Below, piece by piece: positions 60,944-64,000 of a DNA stretch of 64,000 bases. A model generated the notes under the pieces. The model made no database searches, was not told the DNA's origin, and was given only the letters and a program-made list of their open reading frames with translations. How positions within the stretch are numbered: the first letter of the stretch is position 1; each line of letters opens with the position of its first letter. This DNA comes from Anthoceros angustus (lineage: Eukaryota > Plantae > Anthocerotophyta), in assembly GCA_010909165.1 (NCBI GenBank), contig MU008156.1, positions 496,001 through 560,000 on the forward strand, written 5' to 3'. Made by a program: the position numbers and the translations under genes.

Positions 60944-63900
60944 TCACATCCGGTCTTCTCTTTGCCTAGGAGCACATTTGATGATCTCGTCCACCCGCAG
61001 GATCATCTCTGCGGCTTCAGTTGCGGACATCAGTATGGCTTGCTTCACCTTGAATGACTCATAGATTCCCAGCTTGTCCATGTCACCAACCTGCAACCGA
61101 TGGGTTCGTGAGCAAGCAAGTAGGACCACACACTGCAAAAGAGGGTAGCGTGGTAGCAAGACTCTACCTGTCCCGTAATCACATCGATCCCTGCGTTTGT
61201 CTTGTCGTCAGTGTGAGCTGCTCTGAGCTGGGAGATCAAATCTGCACTGTCCAGGCCTGCATTATCTGCAATAGTCGTGGGAATAGCTCGTAGTGCGGTT
61301 GCAAAGTGTTCAATTGCAATAGACTTCTTTCCCGGAGTCTTTCTTGCAAGGTCATCAACATGTCTTGACATCAAGATTTCAGGCCAACCACCTCCCCAGA
61401 CAACTCGGCTGTCCTGTACTGTTTGGCTCAGTACACACAGCGCATCATGAAGGGATCTCTCAGCCTCATCCAACACATGAGAGCTGTACAAAGTGGAACA
61501 CTGGTCAGACATGTTACTTGCTGATATATCAGCCAACAGAGCTGAAAGCAGTGGGCATAAGGAACAAGGTTGGGTGTTGGTACCTTGCTCCCCTCAAGAC
61601 AATTGTACAAGCTTGGCCCAATTCCACTCCTGAAAAATGGATCAACCTATCTTCACCAATCATTATCTCCTCAATCAGCTTGCAATGGCCCAACTTCACC
61701 GACTCAGGGTTGTCAAAGGTCGAGGCAATTTCACCACCTGTGACCAATGCTAGACGCTCAATCCCATCAAAGTCTGCATGTTCAATAGCCATAACGCCTG
61801 CATCTGCAAAGAGCTCTTCAGGGTAGTTGTAAATAAGCTGCCGATTCACAAAGCAGTTGATCCCATGAGCGATGATCTTCTGCACCTTTTCCTTCATCTT
61901 TGCCTTCTCGGCAGATTCAATTTCTGCTACCTTTGACATAGCATCCACTCTAACTCTAGCACCATAGATCTTTATCTTGTCTGTATCCATAGCAGTATTT
62001 GCTACCAAGATGTTAGCATTCTCAATGCGCTTTGGCTGACCGACACCTATCTTCTTATCGAGGATAAATCTGTATCACGCAGACATGCAGTCTTAGAAAA
62101 ATCCAACCCATTTACATCCCAGTTTCAACCAACGACGAGAGAATCATATAAGCCTTCAACCAACAACGAGATAATCCCTCCATAGATTGCCCAACTGGCC
62201 ACAAGAGAAACTGCTATCCCAATCCAACATCTACAGCACGGGAAATAGGACACAAGGTGAAGCAACCCAGGTCTGACAGAAAACACCTACCCCTCATCCA
62301 AAAATGAGTCTTTCAGGGAGCCACCAGCCTTCTTCACAATTTGTATAGCCTCAAGGTTTGAACTGCCCTGCTATCACAACCAGCATTAGCCTTGCCCAGC
62401 ATACTAGGTTATGAAACTTATGCTACAAACATACCTTCAAACGAAGAACGGCATCCACTGCCAGATTTGCAAAATGGACCTTATCCTGAGACAGAATCTT
62501 TGAGCTCAGAGTTGTCATGGCAATGTTGACAAGGTCACTGCGAAACTTCTCTGCAAAAATAACCGTTCACAGTGTCAGCACCAGAGTGAAGGAAACGCAT
62601 AGCAACAGTCAAGCAGATCTTGACATGATGTGCAAAGCGGGACAAATCACGTGCACCACATACGTGGATCTGCTTGGTTATTCCGAACTACTTTCTCCAA
62701 AGCAGCTCGGGCAGTATCTGCAGCCATCCTATACCCTGCAATTGAAAGTGTCACCAATAAAAGAGGAGGAGAGCACAATTGCATGAGATAGCTGTGCAAT
62801 GTTTCCAAGATGGCACAAGAACAGAAACTCCTTACCTGCAATGATTGTCATGGGGTGGATCTTCAGAGCAACCAGCTTTTCTGCCTCTCGCAACAGTTCT
62901 CCGGCAAGTACAACGACCGATGTTGTCCCATCTCCAACTTCATCATCTTGCACCTTGGAGATATCTGTGCAAAGACAGCTCTCAAGCATGAAGACGGCCA
63001 GGAACTAACAAAAGCTCAGCATAAAAGTCATGCAAGGCGGCACAGTTAACCAGTTCAGAATTGGGCCCTCAGGGCCATTCCAAGCTGGCTAAACAACAAA
63101 CAAGCAAAAACCTCAGGAAGGCGCAACATCCCTATCACAGTATGCAGGACACTTAAAAGACTTATTGGTCATCAAGGAAGGAGATTTGGGGTTTGGAAGA
63201 GATTGTGGATTCACCAATGAGAACTTTGGCAGCTGGGTTGTCCACATGGAGAGATTTCAAGATGGTTGCTCCATCATTTGTGACAGTCACAGTCTGACCC
63301 CTCCCAGTTGATTGCAAAATTTTGTCCTGCAACATAATACATCACAAGCGTCTCAACAATGCAACCGGACCAACTTCCAACCCAATAGTGCAAGACAAGC
63401 ATGCATCTGGAATGAAGGACACTCCATCCGAAGAATCAGATAAAAACTTACCATTCCTTTAGGACCTAATGTGCTCTTCACTAAGTCAGCAATCGCCATG
63501 GCACCAATGAAGGATGCCTGCATTACAACAAACGAGTCAGGAGAAACAGACAGCACCCTCTCAATACTTTAGTACTCTCAAGGTTATCAGATGAAGACTT
63601 AGGACACAGCTAACAAGAAAGAGACATTGATGGCCCAACACAAGGAAGAACGCAGGCACAGGGACGGAGCCATGTCAGAACCAAAGCAGTTAATTTCACA
63701 TCAATCGATAACTCATGCTGTGTACCATTCTGGCGCGTTCCCCCTTCTCCTCCGTTGCATCGGACTTGAAGAGCCCCTCCAACTGCGACAGCAGAATGCA
63801 TGGACACAAAAGTCAGCGCAAGCTCGTTTACAACTACTTCTTGTCAGTGAGATAGGGGAAGACAAACAATCTGCAAGCGGAGACAAGAAAGCTTTCGACA

Positions 63901-64000
63901 GGGCTCCCCAAAGCAGCAGCTTCAACGAATCTACGCAAAGAACCGGCAGCTGGAGACAAATCTGAGAAACCCAAAATAAACCGATAAGAGTACTCACCGA
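60944..64000 (-). CDS. CCT2: Chaperonin CCT/TCP-1 subunit beta, multi-exon; start codon lies beyond the window edge
   Basis: [19 protein letters not shown]|[22 protein letters not shown]|[18 protein letters not shown]|[14 protein letters not shown]|..[46 protein letters not shown]; splice donor GTGAGT at 63997. Confidence 0.95.

Overview
Eukaryotic, gene-dense land-plant genomic DNA with short (~80-130 nt) GT-AG introns. A non-seed plant such as a hornwort or other bryophyte is my inference, not proven. Left block (1-23.6 kb): 3' part of a SEC12-like WD40 gene, a complex I 20.9-kDa/MNLL-type subunit, an epoxide-hydrolase pseudogene fragment, a chalcone-isomerase-fold gene, a GH3 acyl-acid amido synthetase, a SOS1/NHX7-type Na+/H+ antiporter, a single-DUF26 secreted protein in an AT-rich island, an intronless UBC23/PHO2-type E2, and eEF2 with several indels. 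Middle block (23.7-49.5 kb): a retroelement nest with a 318-N gap. It holds two decayed CRE-type (RLE) non-LTR elements, a disrupted Ty3/gypsy element with very long LTRs, a second gag-protease remnant, and a three-level nested insertion with intact 5-bp TSDs. Right block: a 1.25-kb CCCTG-to-CCCTT gradient repeat, a group-X AP2/ERF gene (Met-Cys start, polyQ, QAHA repeat, two apparently exact tandem duplications) and CCT2 running off the window edge. The most novel-looking signal is one protein family encoded inside the LTRs of at least three diverged LTR variants. Many indels look like long-read consensus errors, so frameshift calls need read-level checks.
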